Assembly: GCA_038214535.1 (NCBI GenBank)
Contig: JBBQRS010000012.1
Location: 517 to 64,516, forward strand
DNA: 64,000 bases
Origin: Anaerolineae bacterium
Lineage (GTDB): Bacteria; Chloroflexota; Anaerolineae; CG2-30-64-16
Reading direction: 5' to 3'
Within the stretch, counting starts at the first letter, position 1. Each line of letters opens with the position of its first letter. Shown here one piece after another: positions 31,962-42,347 of this stretch. The notes under the pieces were generated by a model. It was not told the origin of the DNA. It worked only from the letters and a program-made list of their open reading frames with translations, and ran no database searches. A program made the translations under genes and the position numbers.

Positions 31962-33161
31962 GTGTCAACTCCTGTGGTCAGCGTGGTGATCCCTGCCTAC
32001 AATCACGGGGCATACCTCACCCAAACCATCAACAGCGCCCTCGCGCAGATCTGGTACGACCGCGAGATCATCGTCGTGGATGATGGCTCACAAGACAATA
32101 CCCCCGAAGTCGCCACGTCCTTCGGCTCCGCCATCCGCTTCGTCCGGCAGGAAAACAAAGGCATGGCCGGATCACGCAACACGGGCATTGATGCGGCGCG
32201 CGGCGAGTTCGTCGCCTTCCTCGATGACGACGACCTGTGGGAACCCGAATATCTCGCGCACGTTGTCCCGGCACTCCAACAAGACCCGGCTGCGGGCGCA
32301 TGTCGCACAGGCTTCCAGATCATGGACGGCGTCGGAACGCGTTTGCCCCAGGAAACGGTGCTCGAAATCGCGCCCGATCGCATGTACGACCGGCTGATTG
32401 ACGGCGGGTTCTTTCCGCCATGCACGGTCACCGTGCGAAAAGCCGCCTTCGAGAAGCTGGGCGTCTTCGACACCAACCTGCAAGGTTTCGCCGATTGGGA
32501 CATGTGGCTACGCATTTCAAAGGATTACCGCTATTTGAGCCTGCCAGAAACGCTGGTGCTATATCGGGTGCATGGCGGTGGGCTTTCTTCCAACGTAGAG
32601 CACATGTTCACCGATCATCTGAAAGCCGTGCGAAAACACTTCGGCCCCGAAGAAGGCGACCCCGCATCCTGGCCCACGAATCGTCGGCGTGCGTATGCCG
32701 GGGCATATCTCAGCGCCGCCCTGGCGTATTATCAGAAGGGCGACCTCCCCATGGGTGACCGGCAACTGATCAAGGCGTTTCAGGCATATCCACCCCTGGC
32801 AAAACGTGTGGATGTTTTCTACGAATTAGCGCTCGCCGATCAACCACGCGGTTTCCGCGGGCGGATTGAATCGGAAAACCTTGCGGAGCGCGCCGCGTTG
32901 CTGTATGCCAAAGTCGAAATGTTGAATGCATCCGGGGGCGCCGAAATGGCCGGCCTGCGTTCCACTGCCGCGGCCAATGCAAACCTCGTTCTCGGAATGC
33001 TGGCCGACCAGTCCGGCGATTGGCCGCTGGCTCGGCGCTATTTGCTGCAAGCCGTGCGCGCAAACCCGAACCTGCTCACAAACCCATCCTTTGCTCGTCG
33101 CCTGGCTAAGGTAACCGCAGGGAAGCAAATCGTCGGCCTGGCGCGCAAACCCTCCGGCTGA
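31962..33161 (+). CDS. GT2 family glycosyltransferase with C-terminal helical (TPR-like) extension
   Basis: VSVVIPAYNH...DDGSQD...DDDD motifs. GTG start. Confidence 0.65.
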   Translation: MSTPVVSVVIPAYNHGAYLTQTINSALAQIWYDREIIVVDDGSQDNTPEVATSFGSAIRFVRQENKGMAGSRNTGIDAARGEFVAFLDDDDLWEPEYLAHVVPALQQDPAAGACRTGFQIMDGVGTRLPQETVLEIAPDRMYDRLIDGGFFPPCTVTVRKAAFEKLGVFDTNLQGFADWDMWLRISKDYRYLSLPETLVLYRVHGGGLSSNVEHMFTDHLKAVRKHFGPEEGDPASWPTNRRRAYAGAYLSAALAYYQKGDLPMGDRQLIKAFQAYPPLAKRVDVFYELALADQPRGFRGRIESENLAERAALLYAKVEMLNASGGAEMAGLRSTAAANANLVLGMLADQSGDWPLARRYLLQAVRANPNLLTNPSFARRLAKVTAGKQIVGLARKPSG

Positions 33162-33164
33162 TAC

Positions 33165-34184
33165 ATGATTAAAAAGACCGAGAGACTTCTCAGCCTACAA
33201 ACACTTCGATGGTTTGCTGCCCTCGGAGTCGTTCAATATCATCTATGGTTCAATTATCTGGGTGTCGAAATCAAGCACCCCGGCACCGATTTCTTCCTGG
33301 TGCTCGTCGCCGTGGTGGCCGCTTACTCTCAGGCCCGGTATATCCCCGGCGGGCAGTGGGGGCGATATCTTCAAATCAGATACGTCCGCCTCTATGTTTC
33401 GTATGTCCCGGTTTTCCTTCTCGCCCTGTTGGCGAAACGAGACGAGTTGAACCTGGGCTGGGCCCTGCGGTCGTTGTTCTTCCTGCCCTTGCCCAACGGC
33501 CAGCTTCCCGTGGTCTCCGTCACGTGGATGCTCTCGATGTTCGTGCTCTTCTACTGGATCTTCAGCCTGGCGTTCGTGGCGCGCCGCGAGTGGGTGCTGG
33601 CCCCGATCTTCCTGATCTGGGCAGTCCTGGTCATCGTGTATTCCTGGATGGGTTGGTGGCCGAACCTGCCAGGCGAATGGTCTACACTTTTTTTCCAGGC
33701 CCGCAATCTCGACTTCATCTTCGGTTACGTCGTCGGCATCCTGCTGCGCCAGGATCGCCTCACGCTGAAGCAAGGTCGCGGTATCCTCTGGGCCGGCATC
33801 GCCGGGCTGATCGGCGGCGTGGCGCTGTTGAATATCCCGCCTGTAACTGACGGCAAAAGTATTTTCGTGGGGATCACCGCAGCGTTCGTTGTCCTCGGCC
33901 TCGGCTCCCTGGAGCTTAACCATGCGCCCGATTTCATCCTGCGCTTCATGACGCTCCCGGTCCTGGTCTGGCTCGGCGCGACCTCTTACGTCCTCTATCT
34001 GAGTCACAACACGGTCTTCCGGGTATGGGATGCCATCCTGTCCATCCTGCCCGTTCTCGTCTCGCTGCTGACCCTTGCGGCAGTCCTTGTCGGCGCCCTC
34101 GGCTATCGTTATTGGGAAAGACCGATCCTGACACGGCTGAGGCAGCGTTTTGGGTTCTATCTAAAAACCACAAGTCTTGCCTAA
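33165..34184 (+). CDS. Acyltransferase family 3 (OatA/OafA-like membrane O-acyltransferase)
   Basis: LRWFAALGVVQYH N-terminal motif and about 10 TM helices. Confidence 0.65.
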   Translation: MIKKTERLLSLQTLRWFAALGVVQYHLWFNYLGVEIKHPGTDFFLVLVAVVAAYSQARYIPGGQWGRYLQIRYVRLYVSYVPVFLLALLAKRDELNLGWALRSLFFLPLPNGQLPVVSVTWMLSMFVLFYWIFSLAFVARREWVLAPIFLIWAVLVIVYSWMGWWPNLPGEWSTLFFQARNLDFIFGYVVGILLRQDRLTLKQGRGILWAGIAGLIGGVALLNIPPVTDGKSIFVGITAAFVVLGLGSLELNHAPDFILRFMTLPVLVWLGATSYVLYLSHNTVFRVWDAILSILPVLVSLLTLAAVLVGALGYRYWERPILTRLRQRFGFYLKTTSLA

Positions 34185-35446
34185 TGCGATTACTCTTTCT
34201 TTCAAACCTCTACCCGCCCGCTGAAATGGGCGGCCTGGAACAAATCTGCGAAGAAGTCGTGCAGGCTTTCCGGGCTTCGGGACACGAAGTCGTCGTCCTG
34301 ACCGCCCATCACGGTGCCGGCCGCGCGCCTGCGGATGAGCAAGGCATCGTCCGCACCCTGCACCTCCAGGCCGATGTCAGTCACTATCGCCCTGCAGATT
34401 TCTTCTTGCTCCGCAAACCTCAGGAGGAAGAAAATCTCGCTGAGTTGTCCCGTCTGATCCGTGACTTTGGTCCCGACATCATTCTAGTGTGGGGCATGTG
34501 GAACCTGAGCCGCGCGCTGCCGGCGCTGGCCGAACAATTGATGCCCGAACGCGTCGCCTATTACATGGCTTCCTACTGGGCCAACGATCCCGACATTCAC
34601 GTGGAATACTGGTCGCAACCCGCATCCCGCGCCTTGACCCGGCTTGCCATCAAGCCGTTGCAGGTCGCAGCCCTGTCGCAACTCCATCGCGAATCGTATC
34701 CTCCGCAGTTAGCTTTCGACAACGTAGCCTGCGTCAGTCAATACGTGCGCGAGACGCTGGTCTCCGGCGGTAAAATATCACCCTCCTCCGGGGTGATCCT
34801 GCTCGGCATCCACCCCGAAGCCTTTGTGCGAGCCGGCGCGGCGCGGCAGCCTGCGCCGGATGGCCTTCTTCGTCTCCTCTATTTCGGCAGTCTCCTGGAA
34901 AAGAAGGGCGTCCACACCGCGATCGAGGCGTTAGGTCTCCTCAAAAAACGGGGCCAACATCATAACCTCCAGCTTACCATCCTCGGCGGCGGCCATCCCG
35001 ACTATGAAGCGCATCTACGCCGGCGGATTGTCGAATTGGGGCTGCAAGAGCAGGTGTCCATGCACGGGCGCGTCGCCCGAGATGAAGTCCCATCCTGGTT
35101 GGGCCAGTCCGATGTCTTTCTGTTCACCTCGATCTGGCCGGAACCGATGGCGCGCAGCGTCATGGAAGCGATGGCCGCGGGGATGCTCGTCATCGGCACA
35201 GAAGTTGGCGGCCAGTCTGAAATGCTGATCCATGGTCAAAACAGTCTCACCTTTCCAGCCGATGACGCCGCTACGCTCGCCGACCGGATCGCGCAAGCAG
35301 CTTCCGATCCGAATGCCGCCCGGCGACTGGCAGAAACCGGAAAACAGCTCATCCTCTCTGATTTCGTCATGAAACGTTACTTCGATGAACTGGAATGCTG
35401 GTTGCAATCCATCCATGACAGCCGTGATGCAGCGAACGCAACATGA
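34184..35446 (+). CDS. GT4 family glycosyltransferase
   Basis: GT-B fold with the E-x7-E style C-terminal motif (EPMARSVMEAMAAGMLVIGTEVGG). ATG overlapping the upstream TAA. Confidence 0.65.
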   Translation: MRLLFLSNLYPPAEMGGLEQICEEVVQAFRASGHEVVVLTAHHGAGRAPADEQGIVRTLHLQADVSHYRPADFFLLRKPQEEENLAELSRLIRDFGPDIILVWGMWNLSRALPALAEQLMPERVAYYMASYWANDPDIHVEYWSQPASRALTRLAIKPLQVAALSQLHRESYPPQLAFDNVACVSQYVRETLVSGGKISPSSGVILLGIHPEAFVRAGAARQPAPDGLLRLLYFGSLLEKKGVHTAIEALGLLKKRGQHHNLQLTILGGGHPDYEAHLRRRIVELGLQEQVSMHGRVARDEVPSWLGQSDVFLFTSIWPEPMARSVMEAMAAGMLVIGTEVGGQSEMLIHGQNSLTFPADDAATLADRIAQAASDPNAARRLAETGKQLILSDFVMKRYFDELECWLQSIHDSRDAANAT

Positions 35447-35467
35447 TGACTTTCACCCTGTAACGGC

Positions 35468-36658
35468 ATGAGAATCCTCCAATTAAGCCAGTTCGGAACG
35501 CCCACCGGTGGGGCCGAGGGATATATCGTGGACGTCTCGCGCGCGTTGCTGGCCGCCGGCCACGAAACCCGGCTGGTCTGCTTCCAGCCCGGCGACCCGG
35601 CTGACCTGATGGCCGGCACAGTGTGCGTTCCCGTGTCGCCCGAACAGCCGCTCGAAACAACGCTCTCATCGCTGGAGGCCATTATCCGCGAATACAAACC
35701 CGATGTGGCTTATCTCCACCTCATGTATTCCAACGATGTCCTGCGGTGGATTTCCGAGCGCCTGCCGGTGCTGGCCTATGTACACGGCCCATACGTCACC
35801 TGTCCGGGCATGGCGCAATATTTGCGACGCAGCGCGCGGGTCTGCCCGCGCAGCGGCAACTGGGGCTGCCTCTACTACGCTCAGACCGAACGCTGCTGCT
35901 TCGGGCGCAGCCCGATGCGTCACATTGAACGCGTGATCGCCGCCAAAGGTTCAACCGCGGTCTATCGCAAGATACGTTGCGCCGTGGGCAGCGCCTACAT
36001 GCGTGGCTTGATGGTGCGCAACGGCATCCCCCGTAACCAGGTGGAGTTGCTCACTCCGGTCCTCATGGATGGCCCTTTCGATGCTTACGCGCCGGCCGCC
36101 AGACCCAATACCTTTCTCTTCGCCGGCCGCATCTTGCCGGAAAAAGGCATTGGCGTCCTCCTCGAAGCCGCCGCCAGGCTCGATGAGGAGTGGCGTCTGG
36201 TGATCGCCGGTGACGGCCCAAAAATGGAAACGTGGCAAGCCAAAGCTCAGGACCTGCACATCGCCGATCGGGTGCATTTTGCGGGCCGCCAGGACGACGC
36301 CGGCCTGGATCGCCTGTATCGCGAATGTGGTTTTACCGTCGTACCCTCGCTTTGGCCTGAACCCTTCGGGCGCATTGGCCCTGAAGCATTCGCGCGCGGG
36401 CGTCCGGTAGTCGCCTTCTCAACCGGCGGCATTCCCGACTGGCTGCAGGATGGCGTCAACGGGATATTGGTGGAGCCGGGCAGCGTCGAGGGGTTGCACG
36501 CCGCGCTGTCAACCCTGTTGCAGTCGCGCGAAATGCAAGAGACGTTGGGACGACAGGCCCTCACTATCGCGAACAGTGCATGGTCTTCGACAGAACATGT
36601 CCACAAACTCACTGGCATGTTAGAACGCTCCATCGCGGATTTTCAACCGCGCCCATGA
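35468..36658 (+). CDS. GT4 family glycosyltransferase
   Basis: GT-B fold with the EPFGRIGPEAFARGRPVVAFSTGG motif. Confidence 0.65.
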   Translation: MRILQLSQFGTPTGGAEGYIVDVSRALLAAGHETRLVCFQPGDPADLMAGTVCVPVSPEQPLETTLSSLEAIIREYKPDVAYLHLMYSNDVLRWISERLPVLAYVHGPYVTCPGMAQYLRRSARVCPRSGNWGCLYYAQTERCCFGRSPMRHIERVIAAKGSTAVYRKIRCAVGSAYMRGLMVRNGIPRNQVELLTPVLMDGPFDAYAPAARPNTFLFAGRILPEKGIGVLLEAAARLDEEWRLVIAGDGPKMETWQAKAQDLHIADRVHFAGRQDDAGLDRLYRECGFTVVPSLWPEPFGRIGPEAFARGRPVVAFSTGGIPDWLQDGVNGILVEPGSVEGLHAALSTLLQSREMQETLGRQALTIANSAWSSTEHVHKLTGMLERSIADFQPRP

Positions 36659-36683
36659 CAGGTTCAACAATCAGGCTTATACG

Positions 36684-37283
36684 TTGAAAAACTCGCAAAT
36701 GGACCAGACCTCCAACTCTTCTCTTGGCGACGCCTTGTTGAAGCGGCCCACGCTGCATCGCTACGCGCTGGGTCTCCACTTCACGCTAACGTTGATGGTG
36801 GGCTATGTCCCATCCCAACACATTCGGAAATTCATCTATCACCGCTTGCTCGGCATGAAGATCGCGGATTCGACCATCATCTACGGGGGTGCAGAAATCC
36901 GCTCGCCCCACCATATCCACATCGGCGAACGCTCTGTCATCGGACATCACGCCATCCTCGACGGACGCAACGGATTGGAGATTGGCGAGAACGTCAGCCT
37001 GGGCACCGCTGTCTGGATCTGGACGATGGAACACGACCCGCAATCGCCCGACTTCGCCATCCGCGGCGGGCCTGTTGTGATCGAGGACTACGCATGGATC
37101 GGCGGCCGGGCCGTCATTCTGCCGGGATTACGCATCGGCAAAGGCGCAGTCGTCGCTACCGGCGCGGTTGTCACCAAAGACGTGCCACCCTACACGATCG
37201 TCGCCGGCGTCCCGGCTCGTGAAATCGGCAAACGCACAACCGACTTACAGTATCAGCTTAACTGGTATCAGCCGTTCTTTTAG
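36684..37283 (+). CDS. Hexapeptide-repeat acetyltransferase (WcaF/CysE-like)
   Basis: Left-handed beta-helix hexapeptide repeats in the C-terminal half. Confidence 0.6.
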   Translation: MKNSQMDQTSNSSLGDALLKRPTLHRYALGLHFTLTLMVGYVPSQHIRKFIYHRLLGMKIADSTIIYGGAEIRSPHHIHIGERSVIGHHAILDGRNGLEIGENVSLGTAVWIWTMEHDPQSPDFAIRGGPVVIEDYAWIGGRAVILPGLRIGKGAVVATGAVVTKDVPPYTIVAGVPAREIGKRTTDLQYQLNWYQPFF

Positions 37284-37285
37284 CA

Positions 37286-38505
37286 TGAATTCTCCCTTAC
37301 GCATTCTCTACATCACCACTTGGTGCCCATTTCCAGCGGATAACGGCTCCAAGATCCGTACAGCATACCTGCTGCGGGCGCTGGCCCGGCATCATGATGT
37401 GACCCTATTGACTTTCTCACCCGACGGCCTCTCGGCGGATGACATCGCCGCGCAGGCGCCGCCGCTGGCTGGGATTTATCCTGTCCATGAAGACCCGTTT
37501 CGCTACAACAGCTTGCCATCTTATGTAAAGTACGCCAGCCCGATGCCCATAGCCTTTTGGAAAAGCCCGGCGATGACCCGGCAAGCTACCGCCCTCGCCG
37601 CCGGACCTGCATTTGATGTGGTCGCGGCGATGAGCGTCCCGGTCGCGCGCTACCCCTTTCAGCTCAGGCATACGCCCCGGCTGCTCGACCTGGAGCAATC
37701 GCACACCTTAGTGCTGGAGGACCGCTATCGCGCGGCGAGCACCACGGCCGCCAGACAGCGCGCCCTGATCGGCTGGCGCAAATCCGCCTTCTACGAAGCG
37801 CGCTTCATCCGGGCCTATCAGGCGACGACGCTCGTTTCGCAACACGAAGTAGACTACTACACGCCGATGATTCGGGACGCATCCACCCGATTGAGCATCA
37901 TCCCTAACGGCGTTGATCTGGATCGTATGCAACCAAACATGGCGGCCAGGACAGAGAATCACCTGGTCTTTAATGGGGCGCTCACCTACAGCGTGAACTA
38001 TGACGCCATGCAATACTTTCTCCGGGATGTCTATCCACGCATCAAGCAACGCGTCGCAGATGCTTCGCTCACCATCACCGGCTCGACTCACGGGGTTGAC
38101 CTGAACGGCCTGAGGCTGGATACAAGTGTTAATCTCAGCGGTTACGTCCCCGACATACGACCGTTGGTTGCCGGAGCGACCGTTTGCGTCGCGCCGCTGC
38201 GCCAGGGCGCCGGCACTCGGTTGAAGATTCTCGAAGCGATGGCCCTGGGCACGCCGGTTGTATCCACCAGCAAGGGGATCGAAGGGCTAAACGCCGTCCC
38301 CGAACGCGATTTCCTGCTGGCAGACAATCCGCAAAGTTTCGCCGCCCAGACTATCCGCTTGCTTGAAGACGCCGACCTACGTTGCTCGTTGGCGTTAAAC
38401 GCACGCGGATTGATCGAACGCGAGTATAATTGGATGGACATTGGGGCCAGGTTCTGTCGATTGATCGAAGAAGTAGTCTCAGAGCAAGCGACAAGGCGCA
38501 GTTAA
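37286..38505 (+). CDS. GT4 family glycosyltransferase
   Basis: GT-B fold. N-terminus ILYITTWCPFP. Motif LEAMALGTPVVSTSKG. Confidence 0.6.
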
Positions 38506-38509
38506 CACA

Positions 38510-39940
38510 ATGAGCGCATTGATAAACCGATCCCGTACATTCCCCTGGCCGACGCTATTGGTCATCATGGGTACTCTGGGGTTAGCGGGCCTGATGGGGT
38601 TGCGTCCCTCCGTCCAACTATTGGCGCTTGTCGGCGTCGCGGTGGGCGCGATCATCCTGTTGCTCAAGCCGCAACTCGGCCTCCTGGCGTTGATCGTGCT
38701 GGCCCTCGTAGCCCCGCTCCAGCTCAACACCGGCACCGATGTCGCCATCAACCCCACCACCCTGTTCGTCCCAGCCTTGATCGGCGTTTGGCTGCTGGCA
38801 ATGATCGTGCGCCGGGATCTCGTCTTTGTGCGGGCGCGCGCGAGCCTGCCGTTGATGCTCTTCCTGCTCTCATCCATGCTCTCTCTCATTATCGGGCAAG
38901 CCACGTGGGATCCCTTTGTGCCCCAATCGAACAGCTTCATCCTAGTCCAGATCGCTCAGTGGGCAATTTTCGCCTTCTCAGCAGGCGCTTTCTGGATGGC
39001 GGCCAACTTAATCACGGATGAGGTCTGGCTGCGCAGGATTCTCTTCACATTTATCGGACTCGCCGCGATCATCGGCCTGATGCGTTCGATCCCTGCGGCC
39101 TACCCCATCGTCGTCAAGGCCTTCACCTTCGCGGTCTATCGGCCGCCTTTCTGGTTGCTGTTGGCGGCCATGGCCGGCGGACAACTATTTTTCAATCAGA
39201 GCCTGTCCACGCCGGCGCGCGTCATCCTGGGTGCGATCGTCCTGATGACCGTCCTCTTCGTCTTTATAGTAGAACGCACAACCCTTTCCTACTGGATCGG
39301 GGTCGCCGTCGCGCTGGCCGTCCTCCTCTGGCTCAAGTTACAGAGAAGCCGGATCATCCTCGTTGCTTTGATCGGCCTTCTCCTGCTCACCGGTCAGGTT
39401 CTGCCGCGCGCGTATGACTTTGCCGGCGGCGAAAGCGAGTGGGTAGAGAGCGGCGGATCGCGGATCACGCTTGCAGAGCGCGTCATCTCGGTCACCATGC
39501 GCAACCCCATCACGGGCCTCGGGCCGGCCGCCTATCGCCCTTACGCCCGTATGAAGCCGCTGCCCTATAAAGACGCCTTCTGGGTTTCGCCCAACGTGTC
39601 CGCGCACAACAACTACGTGGACCTGTTCGCGCATTCAGGCATCCTCGGGCTGGGCCTCTTCCTCTGGTTCATCGTTGAATTTATCTTCCTCTGTCGGCGC
39701 GTCAGTCAGAAGAAACTCAGCGGCCTTTCCCTCGGTTATGTCAATGGCATCCTGGCGACCGTCGCAGGCGCCCTGGTCATCATGATGCTCGCCGACTGGA
39801 TTTTGCCCTTTGTGTACAACATCAGCTTCATCGGCTTCCAGGCCAGCGTGTTGGTCTGGCTGATGATGGGCGGCGTGATCGCCATTGATCAGTGGACTGA
39901 AGCGAATGAAGATGTGGAACCTGAAGAGCCGGCCGCATGA
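38510..39940 (+). CDS. O-antigen polymerase/ligase family (Wzy-like) polytopic membrane protein
   Basis: More than 10 predicted TM helices, a large loop with the NNYVDLFAHSGILG motif typical of the Wzy_C family, and an acidic C-terminus. Confidence 0.55.
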   Translation: MSALINRSRTFPWPTLLVIMGTLGLAGLMGLRPSVQLLALVGVAVGAIILLLKPQLGLLALIVLALVAPLQLNTGTDVAINPTTLFVPALIGVWLLAMIVRRDLVFVRARASLPLMLFLLSSMLSLIIGQATWDPFVPQSNSFILVQIAQWAIFAFSAGAFWMAANLITDEVWLRRILFTFIGLAAIIGLMRSIPAAYPIVVKAFTFAVYRPPFWLLLAAMAGGQLFFNQSLSTPARVILGAIVLMTVLFVFIVERTTLSYWIGVAVALAVLLWLKLQRSRIILVALIGLLLLTGQVLPRAYDFAGGESEWVESGGSRITLAERVISVTMRNPITGLGPAAYRPYARMKPLPYKDAFWVSPNVSAHNNYVDLFAHSGILGLGLFLWFIVEFIFLCRRVSQKKLSGLSLGYVNGILATVAGALVIMMLADWILPFVYNISFIGFQASVLVWLMMGGVIAIDQWTEANEDVEPEEPAA

Positions 39941-40881
39941 GTGAGCAGTCACCGCAACTGACGATCGTCATCGTGAGTTGGAACACGCGCCAGTTGCTTG
40001 CCGACTGCCTTGCCGCAGTTTACCGCACAGTGCATCGTTACCCTTTCGAGGTCATCGTCGTAGACAACGCGTCGAGTGACGGCAGCGCCGATCACGTCCG
40101 GCGCGAATTTCCACAGGTCAGGCTGATCGAAACAGGCGCAAATCTCGGGTTTGCGCGCGGCAACAACGTTGCGCTGCGCCAGATTCAAAGCGATTACGCC
40201 TTGCTCCTCAACCCCGATACAGTCGCCCACGACGGCGCCATTGACGACCTGTGCGACGTGCTGGCCGCCGTGCCTGAGGTCGGTGGCATCGGCGCACAAC
40301 TCCTCAACCCTGACGGCTCGTTGCAACATTCCTGGGGTCAGTTCCCCTTCGCCGAGCGCGAGGTGCCCCTGCTGCGCACGCGCTTTGCGAAAGAACCGGA
40401 GCCATTTACGGCATCGGTCAATGGATCAGACGTGCCGCTCTTACGGGTTGATTGGGCCAAAGGCGCTTGCCTCATGATGCGCGGGGAAACCCTGGCCCAG
40501 ATCGGTCTCCTCGATGAAGAATACTGGCTCTATACCGAAGAAACCGACTGGTGTTATCGCGCCCGCCAGGCCGGCTGGGAAATCGTGGGGCGACCCGACG
40601 CCTTCATCACCCACATCGAGCAGGCCTCCTCCGCGCAACGCCTGGGGAAAAGCTTCGTCAACTTTGCCGACTCGCGAGTCCTCTTCGCCCGAAAATATCA
40701 GGGCCGCCTCGCCGCCGCCGTCGTGTGGGGCGTGTTTGCCACCCGGTCCGTCGTTTTCTCGATCTTTCCGCAACGTTCACATCTGGGTCGCCCCGAAGCC
40801 GGCTACGCAGAGAGCGATGTGCGCGCAGCCTACAAAACATTTCTCGAAACATCGTTCAAACGCATCGTCGGCCGCGCATAA
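39937..40881 (+). CDS. GT2 family glycosyltransferase (rhamnosyltransferase-like)
   Basis: TIVIVSWNTR...DNASSDGS...NPD motifs. Start overlaps the upstream stop. Confidence 0.65.
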   Translation: MSEQSPQLTIVIVSWNTRQLLADCLAAVYRTVHRYPFEVIVVDNASSDGSADHVRREFPQVRLIETGANLGFARGNNVALRQIQSDYALLLNPDTVAHDGAIDDLCDVLAAVPEVGGIGAQLLNPDGSLQHSWGQFPFAEREVPLLRTRFAKEPEPFTASVNGSDVPLLRVDWAKGACLMMRGETLAQIGLLDEEYWLYTEETDWCYRARQAGWEIVGRPDAFITHIEQASSAQRLGKSFVNFADSRVLFARKYQGRLAAAVVWGVFATRSVVFSIFPQRSHLGRPEAGYAESDVRAAYKTFLETSFKRIVGRA

Positions 40882-40943
40882 CTCAAAGCGCCCATTCAAC
40901 GATTCCACCCCGCACGTTACGCTATCACGAAGTCTGAGGCCAC

Positions 40944-42329
40944 ATGACGTCGCTTTTTCGTCGCATAAACATGCCGCTCATTATCCTGATTGCGATCTTG
41001 CTGCGATTGGCCGCCGGCGTCTATTTGGGCAATACGGTGCCCCTCAACACCGACGAGACATCTTACTCGGCCCTGGGCGCACGACTGTCAACCGGACACG
41101 GCTATTCGTTCGATCGCGGCTGGTATCCTTTCACGCCGCCCGACACGCCCACCGCGCACTGGTCGTTCCTCTATTCCGCGTTTGTGGCAGCCGTTTACAG
41201 CATCACCGGCCCACACCCGCTGGCGGCGCGTCTCATCAGTGCGGTGCTTGGCGGCATCCTTCTCCCGTGGATCATGTACCGCTTCGCCCGGCGTCTCTAC
41301 ATCGAAGAAGAACCTGCTCAAACGGCCGCGCCAGGCTCGCAAAACGCCGTAAGCCAAAGCCTTTCGGCGGCGCAGATATTGCCCTTGCTGTCGGCCCTGC
41401 TCGCCGCGGTCTATCTCTTCTTCATCATTTTCTCCGCCAGCCTGATGACCGAGACTTTTTACATCACGGCCCTGTTGTGGTCGCTCGAACGCGGCCTGGC
41501 CCTCCAGCAAACGCTGCGCGCAATCTATGCACCCCAACGGCAGGTTCTACTGATCGGGCTGGGCCTGGGGATCGCCCTCGGCATCGCCACGCTGCTTCGC
41601 CAATCCATCTTGCCCTGGGCCCCGGTGATGGGCCTCTGGCTGCTCTGGCGCGGTTGGCGACAAGCGCGGTTCGGCGCGGCCTTCCAGGCGATGGCGGTCG
41701 CCGCCGTGGTTGTCATTGCGTGTATTCTGCCGTTTACGGTGCGCAATTACCGCGTCTATCACGAATTTCTGCTCCTGAACTCAAACGCCGGTTATGCGAT
41801 GTACTCCGCCCAGCACCCGATGCACGGTGATAGCTTCAAAGAATATGCCGCAGCGCCCATACCTGAGGGATTGGGCAACCTTAATGAGGCGCAACTCGAC
41901 AAAGAGTTGATGGCGCGGGGGATCGGTTTCATCCTCGCCGACCCGGTGCGCTACGTGAGGTTGTCGCTGAGCCGCGTCCGCGACTATTTCGAGTTCTGGC
42001 CGACGCCCAACGCGCCGCTCATCAGCAACATCGGGCGGGTCTTCTCGATTGCCCTGCTCCTACCCTTCATGCTTTACGGCATTTGGCTGGCTGTGCGCAA
42101 TCCGAATCGCTCTCCGGCGCACGCCCTGCTACACGGCGAAGACGTGGCCTTCCTGCTGCTCTTCATGGCCTTCTACAGCCTGCTGCACATCCTCACCTGG
42201 GCCATGGCGCGCTATCGACTGCCCGTAGATGCGGTTGCAATACCGTTTGCCGCGCTCGCCCTGCTCGATCTTGCGGAGCGCCTCAACCTTGTGACGCTCG
42301 CCCCGGCTTCCGACGCCGGTGTAGCGTAG
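40944..42329 (+). CDS. GT-C fold membrane glycosyltransferase (ArnT/PMT, GT39/GT83-like)
   Basis: N-terminal TM followed by the DETSY (DE-motif) loop typical of ArnT/PMT-family GT-C enzymes. 11-13 TM helices. Confidence 0.55.
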   Translation: MTSLFRRINMPLIILIAILLRLAAGVYLGNTVPLNTDETSYSALGARLSTGHGYSFDRGWYPFTPPDTPTAHWSFLYSAFVAAVYSITGPHPLAARLISAVLGGILLPWIMYRFARRLYIEEEPAQTAAPGSQNAVSQSLSAAQILPLLSALLAAVYLFFIIFSASLMTETFYITALLWSLERGLALQQTLRAIYAPQRQVLLIGLGLGIALGIATLLRQSILPWAPVMGLWLLWRGWRQARFGAAFQAMAVAAVVVIACILPFTVRNYRVYHEFLLLNSNAGYAMYSAQHPMHGDSFKEYAAAPIPEGLGNLNEAQLDKELMARGIGFILADPVRYVRLSLSRVRDYFEFWPTPNAPLISNIGRVFSIALLLPFMLYGIWLAVRNPNRSPAHALLHGEDVAFLLLFMAFYSLLHILTWAMARYRLPVDAVAIPFAALALLDLAERLNLVTLAPASDAGVA

Positions 42330-42347
42330 CAGAGCCTGCTTTCTCCC